From: Ignavibacteria bacterium
GTDB lineage: Bacteria > Bacteroidota > Ignavibacteria > Kapaibacteriales > Kapaibacteriaceae
NCBI GenBank assembly: GCA_015709655.1
Contig: CP054181.1
Coordinates: 173,262 to 237,261, forward strand
Length of the DNA stretch: 64,000 nucleotides
Reading direction: 5' to 3'
Made by a program: the position numbers and the translations under genes. This document shows positions 48,687-59,163 of this stretch, one piece after another. Each line of letters starts with the position of its first letter. Position 1 is the first letter of the stretch. A model generated the notes under the pieces. That model was not told the DNA's origin and did not search any database. It was given only the letters and a program-made list of their open reading frames with translations.

Positions 48687-48716
48687 AAAAAAAAAACAAA
48701 GCGTCTGCCGGCTTTG
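48687..48716 (-). terminator. rho-independent terminator after ribBA
   Basis: Minus strand reads CAAAGC-CGGCAGAC-GCTTTG followed by T10, 17 nt after the ribBA stop and upstream of greA. Confidence 0.7.
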
Positions 48717-48732
48717 TTTGTACAACGGCAAT

Positions 48733-49935
48733 TTACAGATGCTTGAGCAGATGCCCAAGTTTATCACGTTTTGTTCGAAGGTACTCCATGTTATGTTCGT
48801 TGGGTGAAATTTCCAGCGGCATAACATCAACGACTTCCAGGCCATAGGAATTCAATCCAACACGTTTCTGCGGATTGTTTGTCATGAGGACCATATTACG
48901 AATACCCAAATCGTACAGTATCTGAGCTCCAATCCCATAATCCCGAGGATCTGGAGGGAATCCCAGGTGAACATTGGCATCAACAGTGTCGTAGCCCTGT
49001 TCCTGCAGTGCATACGCTTTGATTTTATTTGCCAGACCAATGCCCCGGCCCTCCTGGCGCATATAGAGTACAACACCTGATCCCCGGGCTTCAATCATTC
49101 GCAGTGCCGTATGAAGCTGCGAGCCACAGTCACAGCGGTATGATCCCAGAATATCGCCCGTTAAACATTCACTGTGTACCCGAACCAAGATAGGGTCGCC
49201 GGTTGCCACGTCGCCCTTTATGATGGCCACGTGTTCCCGTCCGTCAACGATACTCCGGTAAACACGAAGAACAAAGGTACCGTATTCACTTGGCAGCTGC
49301 GCCTGAGCAACAAATTCCACCAGTTTTTCATTCTGCCTTCTGTAAGCAATAAGGTCCTGCACGCTAATCATGCACAGGCTATGGTAACGGGCGTACTCTA
49401 CCAGGTCCGGCATGCGTGCCATTGTCCCGTCTGACTTTATAATTTCACACAGGACGCCAACGGGTTGCAGTCCTGCCATAGCCATAAGGTCCACAGCGGC
49501 TTCAGTATGACCTGCCCGCCGCAGCACTCCCCCCTGCTTTGCTACAAGAGGGAAAATGTGTCCCGGTCTGGCCAGGTCAGCTGGTTTTGTTAGGGGGCTT
49601 GCCATTGCCTGTACGGTTGCGCATCTGTCGGCAGCAGAAATCCCTGTACTGGTTCCATGCACATAGTCCACACTAATCGTGAACTGTGTTCCATGCAGGG
49701 CGGTGTTGTTCTGAGGAACCATCAACGGCAACTCCAGCTCAACGGCACGCTGCTCACTAATGGGTACGCAGATCAGTCCGCGTGCTTCAGCAGCCATCAT
49801 ATTTATGTTGTCTATTGTGCAGAGTTCAGCAGAACACACCAGATCGCCTTCGTTTTCGCGATCTTCGTCGTCAACAACAACAATGCACCGGCCCGCCTTG
49901 ATCTCTGCAATGGCTTCGGATACTGTGTTCAGCAT
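48733..49935 (-). CDS. ribBA: bifunctional 3,4-dihydroxy-2-butanone-4-phosphate synthase / GTP cyclohydrolase II
   Basis: 400 aa. RibB motif is DDEDRENEGDL. RibA zinc motif is HSECLTGD...CDCG. Confidence 0.92.
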   Translation of the reverse strand: MLNTVSEAIAEIKAGRCIVVVDDEDRENEGDLVCSAELCTIDNINMMAAEARGLICVPISEQRAVELELPLMVPQNNTALHGTQFTISVDYVHGTSTGISAADRCATVQAMASPLTKPADLARPGHIFPLVAKQGGVLRRAGHTEAAVDLMAMAGLQPVGVLCEIIKSDGTMARMPDLVEYARYHSLCMISVQDLIAYRRQNEKLVEFVAQAQLPSEYGTFVLRVYRSIVDGREHVAIIKGDVATGDPILVRVHSECLTGDILGSYRCDCGSQLHTALRMIEARGSGVVLYMRQEGRGIGLANKIKAYALQEQGYDTVDANVHLGFPPDPRDYGIGAQILYDLGIRNMVLMTNNPQKRVGLNSYGLEVVDVMPLEISPNEHNMEYLRTKRDKLGHLLKHL

Positions 49936-49939
49936 GAAC

Positions 49940-50260
49940 TTACTTCCCGCTGTCGGAATTCTTGTTTATGGTTGCAATTGCCGACTTTTCAATCAGGATA
50001 TGCATGTTGTCGGCAACAGTTACCTTCACTGTTCCTTCCTGCACACTGTGTACAGTTCCGTGCATACCAGAGGTGGTAATGATTTTGTCACCTGCTCGTA
50101 CCGATTCCAGAAGTTGCTGGTGTTCCTTGGCACGCTTGCGCTGCGGCCGTATCATCATGAAGTAAAAAATCAAAATTACAGCCCCCATCATGGCAACCGT
50201 GCTGATGAGTGACGATGTGGGGTCTTGTCCCTGTGGCGGCGGAGCAAGCAACATAAGCAT
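49940..50260 (-). CDS. yajC: preprotein translocase subunit YajC
   Basis: 106 aa with a single TM helix followed by MIRPQRKRAKEHQ. Confidence 0.85.
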   Translation of the reverse strand: MLMLLAPPPQGQDPTSSLISTVAMMGAVILIFYFMMIRPQRKRAKEHQQLLESVRAGDKIITTSGMHGTVHSVQEGTVKVTVADNMHILIEKSAIATINKNSDSGK

Positions 50261-50335
50261 ATTATTTTCCAGTTGGTTAAAGTAATTGGTTGATTGTTTA
50301 GTTATCTCTGGCGTCCGGAATTCTCCGCTGGTGAA

Positions 50336-51484
50336 TCATTTCCGAACCTGTCCCACCGTTCTTAAAATTTCGGGATACCATTCGGAAAAGGTTCCTGCCA
50401 GAATGTGTTGTCGTGCAGTACGTGTAAGCCACAGGTAGAAGGCAACATTCTGAAGGGTGGCTATCATCAAACCCAAGACTTCACCGGCAATGAACAGATG
50501 ACGAAGATACGCCATTTGAGTTGTTGCACTCACGTGTGAAACGTGGGAATCATCCAGCACGTCCTTCGAAAATTTCCACTGTGCGTTTCTGATGTTAACC
50601 TTACCCTTGCTGGTAAAAATAGTACCATTACGGGCATTCCGGGTTGGCATAACACAGTCAAACATATCCACTCCAAGAGCAATGCACCGCAGGATATTTT
50701 CGGGTGTTCCAACGCCCATCAGATACCGTGGTTTGTTTTCGGGCATTACAGATGTACTAACTTCCGTTATCCGGTATAGGTCGTCCACCGGTTCACCCAC
50801 GCTCAAGCCCCCTATCGCATATCCGTCAAAATCCATATCAACCAGCTCCTGCATACACCATTTCCGGTATTCCGGTATCGTGCTACCCTGTCCGATTGCA
50901 AAGTGAAACTGACGGTGAGGGTACCTGAAAGCAGTATTGCGGTGGTGCTGCTGTGCCTGCTGCGCCCAGGTTACGGTACGCTCCATACTGTGCCGTGCCT
51001 CGGCAACACTTACGGGATATGGTGTACATTCATCAAGAACCATGAAGATATCACTGCCGATGCTACGCTGAATGTCCACAACGCCTGCAGGACTAAACCG
51101 GTGACGTGATCCGTCGAGGTGCGAGCGAAACCAAACGCCCGATTCGTCGATACTGCGAAGTTCTCTCAGACTCCAGACCTGGAACCCTCCACTGTCGGTA
51201 AGCAGAGGTTTGGTCCATCCGCTGAATGAGTGAAATCCACCCATTGCGTCAAGAACGTCAGTGCCAGGCCGAAGATACAAGTGATAGGTATTTGCCAGAA
51301 CAATACTGGCACCGGCGTCATGTACACTCTGCCAGTCCAACGCCTTAACTGCACCTTGTGTACCAACCGGCATAAACACCGGAGTTTCGATAACACCGTG
51401 ATCAGTGCTTATTGTTCCGGCACGGGCTGCCGAAGCCTGATCGGTAGAGTGGAGATCAAAAAAAGGGGGCGCAGGTTCCAGCAT
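50336..51484 (-). CDS. tgt: tRNA-guanine(34) transglycosylase
   Basis: 382 aa with TDSGGFQV, VLDEC and GGLSVGE motifs. Confidence 0.92.
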   Translation of the reverse strand: MLEPAPPFFDLHSTDQASAARAGTISTDHGVIETPVFMPVGTQGAVKALDWQSVHDAGASIVLANTYHLYLRPGTDVLDAMGGFHSFSGWTKPLLTDSGGFQVWSLRELRSIDESGVWFRSHLDGSRHRFSPAGVVDIQRSIGSDIFMVLDECTPYPVSVAEARHSMERTVTWAQQAQQHHRNTAFRYPHRQFHFAIGQGSTIPEYRKWCMQELVDMDFDGYAIGGLSVGEPVDDLYRITEVSTSVMPENKPRYLMGVGTPENILRCIALGVDMFDCVMPTRNARNGTIFTSKGKVNIRNAQWKFSKDVLDDSHVSHVSATTQMAYLRHLFIAGEVLGLMIATLQNVAFYLWLTRTARQHILAGTFSEWYPEILRTVGQVRK

Positions 51485-51551
51485 CTGCCGACAAATTTAC
51501 GCACCACCCTGCTGCTGCCCATATCTGCGCTGTTCCGTAGGTTGCATCATT

Positions 51552-52658
51552 ATGAGCAGGAGAACCAACAGAGTTGTTGTAGGGATGTCCGGAGGTGTTG
51601 ACAGTAGCGTTGCAGCCGGTCTGCTGAAGGAACAGGGAATGGATGTCATCGGGATCACCATAAAAACGTATCGCTACGAAGACGTGGGCGGAAACGTTGG
51701 GAATGATTCATCATGCTGCTCGCTTGACGGTATAAACGATGCCCGGAAGGTGGCGATGACCTTGGGTTTCCCGCACTATATTGTTGACTGGACATCCTCG
51801 TTTAAAGATGAAATTATCAACTACTTTATCGATGATTATCTGGCGGGCAATACCCCTAACCCGTGTACCCGGTGCAATCGCCTGATAAAATGGGAGCAAA
51901 TGCTGAATAAGGCAGATGCCCTAGGGGCTGAATATATTGCTACAGGACACTATGCAGAGATTATGCATGACACGGTAACAGGCAGGTACTGGATACGCCA
52001 GAGCGCCGATGCCGTTAAGGACCAAAGTTATATGCTCTGGGGGGTCCGCCAGGAACATCTTGCACGCACCATATTCCCACTCAGCGGGTTTACAAAATCA
52101 AGGTCGCGTAGTGAAGCTGAGCGGCTGGGTCTGCACATATCCAAGAAGGGTGAGAGTTTTGAGATTTGCTTTATAACCGACAACGATTACCGGCGGTTCC
52201 TCCGTGAAGCCACCGGCGCCGATGCGTTTCGGGGTGGGGATATTGTACGGAACGGCCACGTGATCGGTCGGCACGAGGGTTACCCATACTACACCATCGG
52301 TCAGCGCAGGGGATTGGGTATCTCGGCACCAGAGCCGTTGTTTGTACTCGACGTAATACCGTCCACAAATACTGTTGTTGTTGGGACTGAACAGGAGTTA
52401 TATCATAACACCCTGCTCGCAAAAGATGTAAACTTGCTGAAATATGCTACCCTTACCGAGCCCCGAACGTTTACCGTTAAGGTCCGCTATCGCGATAAAG
52501 GGGCTTTGGCAACGTGCAGGATGACTGAAAACAACATGCTCCATGTTCGGTTTCATGAACCCCGAAAGGCAATTGCACGCGGACAGTCAGTTGTGATGTA
52601 CGAAGATCAGGATGTGGTGGGTGGCGGTGTTATCGTTTCATCGTTTGATGAGCGGTAA
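51552..52658 (+). CDS. mnmA: tRNA 2-thiouridine(34) synthase
   Basis: 368 aa with PP-loop VGMSGGVDSSV and catalytic Cys region NPCTRCN. Confidence 0.92.
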   Translation: MSRRTNRVVVGMSGGVDSSVAAGLLKEQGMDVIGITIKTYRYEDVGGNVGNDSSCCSLDGINDARKVAMTLGFPHYIVDWTSSFKDEIINYFIDDYLAGNTPNPCTRCNRLIKWEQMLNKADALGAEYIATGHYAEIMHDTVTGRYWIRQSADAVKDQSYMLWGVRQEHLARTIFPLSGFTKSRSRSEAERLGLHISKKGESFEICFITDNDYRRFLREATGADAFRGGDIVRNGHVIGRHEGYPYYTIGQRRGLGISAPEPLFVLDVIPSTNTVVVGTEQELYHNTLLAKDVNLLKYATLTEPRTFTVKVRYRDKGALATCRMTENNMLHVRFHEPRKAIARGQSVVMYEDQDVVGGGVIVSSFDER

Positions 52659-55640
52659 CGTCCACACGCTCCGGCTATTACTGATCTGTACAATAAACAT
52701 GTTGCCTGAAGCCTGCAGTTCGAAGAGTGACACCGGAAACTCAGAGGTGTTTACGATGTCTGTCCAGGCCCCCAGCGTCTTCCCTCGTACATCAACTATC
52801 CTTACTGAATACCCATCGTTGTTATCCAGCTTTAGGGTGATGTTGTTTTCTGTGGGGTTGGGGTACACGACCGGTACAAACTCATGTTCGGCACTGGTGA
52901 CTGATGTTACCCCCGTAAATTCATACGGTTCGGATGTATTGGAGCATCCTTCCGCACTATAAACCGTAACACGGTAAACGCCATTTACCCTGGGGGTATA
53001 CTCACGATCGACAGCGCCGGCAATATCGGTTCCGTTTAATGACCACTGGTATCGGGCTACGCCACCCATCGCTATCGTCCGCAGTGCATCGGCACCCTTG
53101 GTTGTGATGAGTGGTTTGCTTGGAGTTTTATTGATCGTTACAGTAACCTTTTGAGATGTTGCTCTGCAGCCGTTTGCGTCCTCAACATCAAGCGTATAAT
53201 CCCCACTTTCACCACCAGACGTAAGAAGCAGAGTTCGGTCTGTTGAACCGTTGGACCAGTGGTACGCGGCAAATCCTGACGGTGAAGAAAGACGAATGGT
53301 ATCGCCGGCACACACTGTTGTGGGGCCTTCCACCTGTATCGTTGGCTGTGCAGCCACGCATTGTTCGGCATTGATTTCCCAAATCCCCCTTCCATAGGTT
53401 GATACCCTTAGAATACTCGATGACGGGAGCAACTCCATTCCGCTGATAAACGAGGGTTGGAGTCCGTCACCGTACAGAGACCAGACCGAACTCTTTTCGT
53501 CTTTGTAATACACGCCAACGTCAGTACCTACATACAGCCTGTTGAGCGGTCCTTTCTGAAATGCAATCGCATTGGCCGGTACATTGGGAAGGCCAACATT
53601 GGTAATGTTGGTTGCCTTCCCATTGAGAATCTCATAAACTTTAGCCGACGGACTAAACCCGCCGAGTGCTACATAAGCCTTGCCGGCAACTGTTGGATCA
53701 CACTTAATATCCTGAATATATCCGGCAATGCCCGCCTGCGGAAGCCACGTGGTACCTCCGTCTGTTGACCTGAACATACTGCTTGTGAAAGCAACATAAA
53801 TATATTTGCCATCAACCGGAGATACAGCAATCTTTCGGAGATAGTCGTTTACGTCTAGGTTTCCCATTCTCACCCACGAAGTCCCCGAGTTGTCACTCCG
53901 ATACACATTGGTATATCCAATGTACACTCGCCCGCTTTTTGACGGATCCACTGCTACGGGAGCTACCCATGCCCCGGAACTTTCACCGCGGGTAGCTGCA
54001 TTACTGATCAGGCGCCAGTTTGTGCCACCGGTGGTTGAAGCATAAAAAGCTCCGTATGGCTGACTGGCATACATAAGGTTAGGGTTGATATAGTCTATAG
54101 CTGTTGCCATACCATCGCCATCCAGTACATGCTGAAACACAGTGCCGTTGGTGGTTCGCGTTGTCCCGTTGTCCTGTGCACCACTCAGGGTAACGGTACT
54201 GTTCATATCAGTAACGGCCAGGCCGTAGTATTGCTGGATACGCATTCCTCGCGAAATATCACGCCACGACAGCCCTCTGTCCGTTGAGCGTGCTATCCCA
54301 CCGTCATTGCAATCATATAAAATATTATTAAGTTCATTGTAAGCATGAAAGTGATGATCGGCATGAACCCAGGGCGCACCCTGTCCTACCCAATGGTTTG
54401 CAAGAGACCAGCTAACACCGGCATTGGTTGACCGCCAACTGTTTACACCACCAATGATCCAGTTTTTATCATTCGTCGGGTCAATGGCAATTGCCAGGTC
54501 ATAGAAGCCTTGTCCGCCTGCCTGCCAGTCATTGCCAAGTGCACTCCACCCCAGGAGGTTTTTGTTAACGTTCCTGGATGAAAATGTTTTTCCGGTATCG
54601 TTGCTGAAATACACGTTCTGCAAACCATTTGTTCTGGCATCCGAAGCAATGAAGCCAACAACCGATGAGTTTGCCTTTGTCGCTGCCAGCACAATCCGGT
54701 TTGCCTCCGGAACCGTATGAACAAGCGTCCAGTTTACCCCATTATTGACCGAGCGATAAACTGCCGCATTTCCGGAAGGACGATAGGTGGCGGCATACAG
54801 AATATCAGGGTTACCGGGATTGGAGATAATATCACGAAACGCAGCTGACGGCCCGATGCCACTAAACGTTGCTCCTCCATCCGTTGAGCGTTGCAAGCCA
54901 CTGTACGTTGCAGCAATCACGACATTTTTGTCCCGCGGGTCAACCCACAGTCGGGCAACAAGGACGTTGTGTTCAGGCTCGGCGGTTAAACCGGTAGTCT
55001 GCCATGTTGTACCGCCGTTGGTTGACTTGAGTACACCATACGAGAATGACGGGAAGCCCGAGAGATCACTCGGATGGGTTGCATTGACATCGCCAGTTGC
55101 AATGTAGATTGTGTTTTCATCGGCTTTTGCTACGGCAATATCACTGATACCTAAACTGGGGTAATCTGGAATAACCACCGGCTGCCAGTAGTTACCGCCG
55201 TCCGTTGTTTTCCACACACCACCCTGTGCAGCTCCACACCACATAACCGATGTATTGCTGGGATGAAATGCAATTCTGTTAACCCGTCCGATACCATTCC
55301 AAACCGAGCTATATCCCGGCAGATCGGGCGCCGTTGGTCCCAGTTCCTTCCAGGTTGCCTTTGCCTGCGTAATGTTGTCCTTCTTTGCAGAAGCAACAGC
55401 CCGCATAGCGTTCGTGTAGATACTGGTTGACGGGAACGTGCCGTCAGGCATGATGCGTGGTTCCCAAAACCACTCCCACCGGCGAAATTGTTTTGATACT
55501 TTTTTGCTTCCGTCCGGGTTTGTCCGGGTGTACTGCGACTGTAATTGCGCCCGAACCTGTTCAAAATTCGGAGCTTGTCCGGCCTGTACTGATGTTGCTA
55601 CAAAGAGAAAGAAAAGAAAAGGTCTGATCCAGTATTTCAT
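52638..55640 (-). CDS. large secreted BNR/Asp-box beta-propeller protein (sortilin/Ycf48/GH74-like) with Ig-like repeats and T9SS C-terminal domain
   Basis: About 1000 aa from MKYWIRPFLFFLFVATSVQA. At least nine SxDxGxTW-type Asp boxes are present (TTDGGNYW, STNGGTTW, STDGGATF, STNAGVSW, STDRGLSW, SDNSGTSW, STDGGTTW, ...). Two Cys-bracketed Ig-like repeats follow. The C-terminus is VVYPNPTENNITLKL... Confidence 0.8.
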   Translation of the reverse strand: MKYWIRPFLFFLFVATSVQAGQAPNFEQVRAQLQSQYTRTNPDGSKKVSKQFRRWEWFWEPRIMPDGTFPSTSIYTNAMRAVASAKKDNITQAKATWKELGPTAPDLPGYSSVWNGIGRVNRIAFHPSNTSVMWCGAAQGGVWKTTDGGNYWQPVVIPDYPSLGISDIAVAKADENTIYIATGDVNATHPSDLSGFPSFSYGVLKSTNGGTTWQTTGLTAEPEHNVLVARLWVDPRDKNVVIAATYSGLQRSTDGGATFSGIGPSAAFRDIISNPGNPDILYAATYRPSGNAAVYRSVNNGVNWTLVHTVPEANRIVLAATKANSSVVGFIASDARTNGLQNVYFSNDTGKTFSSRNVNKNLLGWSALGNDWQAGGQGFYDLAIAIDPTNDKNWIIGGVNSWRSTNAGVSWSLANHWVGQGAPWVHADHHFHAYNELNNILYDCNDGGIARSTDRGLSWRDISRGMRIQQYYGLAVTDMNSTVTLSGAQDNGTTRTTNGTVFQHVLDGDGMATAIDYINPNLMYASQPYGAFYASTTGGTNWRLISNAATRGESSGAWVAPVAVDPSKSGRVYIGYTNVYRSDNSGTSWVRMGNLDVNDYLRKIAVSPVDGKYIYVAFTSSMFRSTDGGTTWLPQAGIAGYIQDIKCDPTVAGKAYVALGGFSPSAKVYEILNGKATNITNVGLPNVPANAIAFQKGPLNRLYVGTDVGVYYKDEKSSVWSLYGDGLQPSFISGMELLPSSSILRVSTYGRGIWEINAEQCVAAQPTIQVEGPTTVCAGDTIRLSSPSGFAAYHWSNGSTDRTLLLTSGGESGDYTLDVEDANGCRATSQKVTVTINKTPSKPLITTKGADALRTIAMGGVARYQWSLNGTDIAGAVDREYTPRVNGVYRVTVYSAEGCSNTSEPYEFTGVTSVTSAEHEFVPVVYPNPTENNITLKLDNNDGYSVRIVDVRGKTLGAWTDIVNTSEFPVSLFELQASGNMFIVQISNSRSVWTLPLIKR

Positions 55641-55720
55641 TGTCCGCCGAAATGTCATGTGATAAGTGTTTGTACAAAAATGCATGATTTGTTTGGTTCA
55701 AATAGGTTACGTGTTCAACG

Positions 55721-56920
55721 CTACCGGCCATGACCTGCGGCAATGACCTCGTATTCCCTGAGCATAACAGCCACCGAATTCTGCCATGAATACCGGGTTA
55801 GTGCCGCGTTGGTGGCAGCTACAGATGCCCGCCGAAGCTGGTCACTATCGGACAGGAGCTTCCGAATAGCGTGTACTGTACTCTCGGTGGTGTCGCACCT
55901 GAACAATCCGTCAGCCTCGCCGGCCTGAATTCCTTCGGCACTTACCGAGGTTGCCACCACTGGCAGTCCGGCTGCCATGGCTTCGAGAATTTTAACCCGA
56001 ATGCCACTGCCTACAAAAAGTGGTGCAATAAATACCCTGCTTTCCTGATACCGTTTTCTCAGGTCCGACACGAAACCTTCTGCCTGAATGTTCGCAGCAG
56101 TGTAGCCGTGCATCCATTGTTGAATACCCATGCCCAGAATACCAAGTGAGATGTTGTTACAGGCAGGGTCCTGCCTGAGCAATGGCCACACCTGTTGAAT
56201 AAACCAGCGCAGAGCATCAGCATTATGAAACCAGTTCCAGTTTGCTGCTGTCACCAATTCCGTTGTACAGTGCTGTTGGTGCATGGGTGGTTCTGCCGGT
56301 ACGTCAACACCAGCAGGCGCAACAACCATTGGTGTGGACTGGGCTGCCACCTGGGCTCGCTGCAAATCGGTTTCGGTTACCGGGAACACAATTGCCGCCT
56401 GGCGTAACGCATCAGCTTCTTCCCACTGAACTTTGCGTGCTTGCCAGGCTACATACCACCGTGTCGGATTAAATACGGACAGGCTTTCGGCATATCTGTG
56501 CCAGATCATCCACTCTACATTATGAAGCCGGAATCCCCAGGGAAGATCAAAGGTATTTGATGCCCACTGCGCAAGCGGTGTCATACAGGTATGATCAGCA
56601 TGGATAACGTCGATGGCATACTTGCCGATAACCGCACGGATTGCCTCCTGCATTGCCTGTGATGCATGCTTTCGCAGGTACAGTGAGTCGGCTGTGAACA
56701 GGCTCTTTACTATTCGCCAGGGCGTGTTGCGGGTTGAATGCGGTATCACCGTAAGATGAATACTCTGGAGATCGGGCAACGGAACCTGTGCATCCCCGTA
56801 ACACAAAACAATAACCGTGTGCCCCGCCATTGCCATGTGACGTGTGATCCCCCACAGGCCAACCTTTCCGCCGTCGGTTGCCGGTAGCGGGCACTGTGGC
56901 ATGAGCTGCAGGATAGTCAA
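55721..56920 (-). CDS. glycosyltransferase family 4 (GT-B, Glycos_transf_1)
   Basis: 399 aa with the C-terminal E-x7-E region GIRVKILEAMAAGLPVVAT. Its start overlaps the stop of the upstream GT2 gene (4 nt). Confidence 0.85.
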   Translation of the reverse strand: MTILQLMPQCPLPATDGGKVGLWGITRHMAMAGHTVIVLCYGDAQVPLPDLQSIHLTVIPHSTRNTPWRIVKSLFTADSLYLRKHASQAMQEAIRAVIGKYAIDVIHADHTCMTPLAQWASNTFDLPWGFRLHNVEWMIWHRYAESLSVFNPTRWYVAWQARKVQWEEADALRQAAIVFPVTETDLQRAQVAAQSTPMVVAPAGVDVPAEPPMHQQHCTTELVTAANWNWFHNADALRWFIQQVWPLLRQDPACNNISLGILGMGIQQWMHGYTAANIQAEGFVSDLRKRYQESRVFIAPLFVGSGIRVKILEAMAAGLPVVATSVSAEGIQAGEADGLFRCDTTESTVHAIRKLLSDSDQLRRASVAATNAALTRYSWQNSVAVMLREYEVIAAGHGR

Positions 56921-57855
56921 ACAGTCATTCTCCTGCGCTCAATGCGTTTGTAAAAGTGGTGACCAAGCGCATGCCAAATCGATCGTTTCATGGTGATGGC
57001 ACGTAGTTTCTTATACGGGACAGGAATTCGCTCGCGGTACCCCTGCCTGGCAGTCCGGAAGCCATGGAGAGCAGTGGACATGACCTTTGTAAACGGAAAC
57101 CGATGAAAGAAGCCAACCGACACCATAAACAACGATATTATCGTGCTTCGATACAGCGCAATCAGAACCGGCCAGTATTTCCACTGCAATCTGATATTGT
57201 ACACATACCGGATACTCCACCGGTGAAAGAAGATTTCGGGTCCCTCTTCCTTTGTGGCACTTAAATGTACAGTTTGTATCCATGGAACGTATTGAATCCG
57301 ACCGCCCTTAATCAGCATACGCAGCGAGAGTTCTTCTTCCTCATGACAGAACACATCCCAAAACCCACCCGCTTCGATAAAGTTCTTCCTTCGCACAAAA
57401 CTGCTGGCACCGCAAAACGTGTACATTGGATACCCGTCGGCAGGATTATCAGCTTGCTTCGAAAACGGATAATAGTCCAGCAGGCGGTATCCGATCGTGG
57501 CTTCGATTACTTCTCCTGAAATGGCAATAACATCCGGGAACTTTTGCATAAAGTCAACAGCATCCGCTATCGTTGTTTCTGCCGCCGGGTAGGCGTCGTC
57601 ATCCGTGCGAAACAACAACTCACCGCTGGATGCTTCTACGGCTGCATTCAGGGCAAGGGGACCAATATTCTCAGAGAAAGCAACGATCTTTACGTGCGGG
57701 AACTTCTCGCGCAACATCTGTTCCGTGCCATCGGTGCTGCCGTTTATGCCAACAACAATTTCAACGTCAGGATAGGTTTGGTCTGCGTAGTGTGCCAAAC
57801 ACCGTTCCAGCACTGCCGATCTGTTCCGTGTTGCAATAATCACGCTGACTTTCAT
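56917..57855 (-). CDS. glycosyltransferase family 2
   Basis: 312 aa with N-terminal VSVIIATRNR...L and a DxD region, RTDDDAY. Confidence 0.85.
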   Translation of the reverse strand: MKVSVIIATRNRSAVLERCLAHYADQTYPDVEIVVGINGSTDGTEQMLREKFPHVKIVAFSENIGPLALNAAVEASSGELLFRTDDDAYPAAETTIADAVDFMQKFPDVIAISGEVIEATIGYRLLDYYPFSKQADNPADGYPMYTFCGASSFVRRKNFIEAGGFWDVFCHEEEELSLRMLIKGGRIQYVPWIQTVHLSATKEEGPEIFFHRWSIRYVYNIRLQWKYWPVLIALYRSTIISLFMVSVGFFHRFPFTKVMSTALHGFRTARQGYRERIPVPYKKLRAITMKRSIWHALGHHFYKRIERRRMTV

Positions 57856-57963
57856 GCCTGCAAAGATAGGTACCTCCCAACGTTGCTGGTGGGCATCATT
57901 GAACAGGCTGCACGATTGATAGCGATATTTGTTGAACTTGTTTCACGCAATCATCTATTAGCT

Positions 57964-59163
57964 ATGTACGGAACCTTCCAACAACACCTGCAGAACGAAC
58001 TGTTATCCATCGATGCATCGGGTTTATTTAAGCGCGAACGAATCATTACATCAGCCCAAGGACCCGAGATCACCGTTGAGGGCAGCAGCAAGCCGGTACT
58101 GAACTTTTGTGCCAATAACTACCTTGGATTGAGCAGCCATCCGCAGATGATACAGGCTGCTCACGACGCACTTGACAGTCACGGCTTTGGTATGAGCAGT
58201 GTTCGGTTTATCTGTGGCACCCAGGATATTCATAAAGAGCTGGAACGAAAGATCAGTGAGTTCTGTCATACTGATGATGCCATCCTGTATGCTGCCTGTT
58301 TTGATGCCAACGGCGGTGTGTTCGAGCCGTTGCTCGAAGCCGAGGATGCCATTGTTAGTGATGCTCTCAACCATGCCTCGATTATCGATGGTGTGCGACT
58401 CTGCAAGGCAAAACGATATCGGTATCAAAGCTGTGATATGGCCGACCTTGAAACGCAACTGCAGCAGGCCCGTGCCGATGGCGCGCGGTTCATTGTTATT
58501 GCTACGGATGCCGTGTTTTCGATGGACGGAACCATAGCCCCTTTAGATAAAATCTGCGATCTTGCAGACCGCTATCAGGCAATGGTGATGGTTGACGAAT
58601 GCCATAGCATGGGCTTTATGGGGAAGAACGGCCGGGGCGTGGTAGAGTACTGCAACGTCACAGGTCGGGTTGACATTATTACGGGTACCCTCGGGAAGGC
58701 GTTGGGCGGTGGCATCGGGGGGTTTACAACCGGACGGAAGGAAATCATAGAGTTGCTGCGCCAGCGTTCCCGCCCCTACCTGTTCTCTAACTCACTCCCC
58801 CCAAGTACTGTTGGCGCCGGCATACGGATGTTTGATTTGTTAAGTTCAACTACTGCGCTGCGCGATACTCTGGAAAGTAACACAACGTACTTTCGTGAGG
58901 GTATGAGCAAGCTTGGATTTGATATTATCCCGGGTGTGCATCCAATCACTCCAATCATGCTCTACGATGCAAAGGTAGCCCAAACAATGGCGGCACAACT
59001 CCTTGATGAAGGGATTTATGTGATCGGCTTTTTCTATCCGGTGGTGCCAAAAGAAAAAGCACGGATCCGGGTTCAGGTATCGGCAGCACACACCCGTGAA
59101 CATCTGGATAAGGCAATTGCAGCGTTTGCCACGGTGGGCAAGGCAATGGGGGTTCTGAAATGA
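57964..59163 (+). CDS. kbl: glycine C-acetyltransferase (2-amino-3-ketobutyrate CoA ligase)
   Basis: 399 aa from the ATG at 57964 (MYGTFQQHL...). Motifs are NFCANNYLGL and the PLP lysine in GTLGKALGG. The 140 codons upstream in the track ORF are antisense to the GT2 gene and Cys/Arg-rich. Confidence 0.9.
   Translation: MYGTFQQHLQNELLSIDASGLFKRERIITSAQGPEITVEGSSKPVLNFCANNYLGLSSHPQMIQAAHDALDSHGFGMSSVRFICGTQDIHKELERKISEFCHTDDAILYAACFDANGGVFEPLLEAEDAIVSDALNHASIIDGVRLCKAKRYRYQSCDMADLETQLQQARADGARFIVIATDAVFSMDGTIAPLDKICDLADRYQAMVMVDECHSMGFMGKNGRGVVEYCNVTGRVDIITGTLGKALGGGIGGFTTGRKEIIELLRQRSRPYLFSNSLPPSTVGAGIRMFDLLSSTTALRDTLESNTTYFREGMSKLGFDIIPGVHPITPIMLYDAKVAQTMAAQLLDEGIYVIGFFYPVVPKEKARIRVQVSAAHTREHLDKAIAAFATVGKAMGVLK

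Noticed and set aside
49936-49939. Looked for an FMN riboswitch upstream of ribBA and a preQ1 element near tgt
   Set aside because: ribBA starts 4 nt after yajC, so there is no leader. The tgt/mnmA divergent spacer (51485-51551) shows none of the conserved preQ1 or FMN motifs.
57544-57963. 140-codon N-terminal extension of the kbl ORF in the supplied track (539 aa total)
   Set aside because: The extension is antisense to the GT2 gene and is Cys/Arg-rich with no domain features. Kbl homology begins exactly at the ATG at 57964 (MYGTFQQHL).
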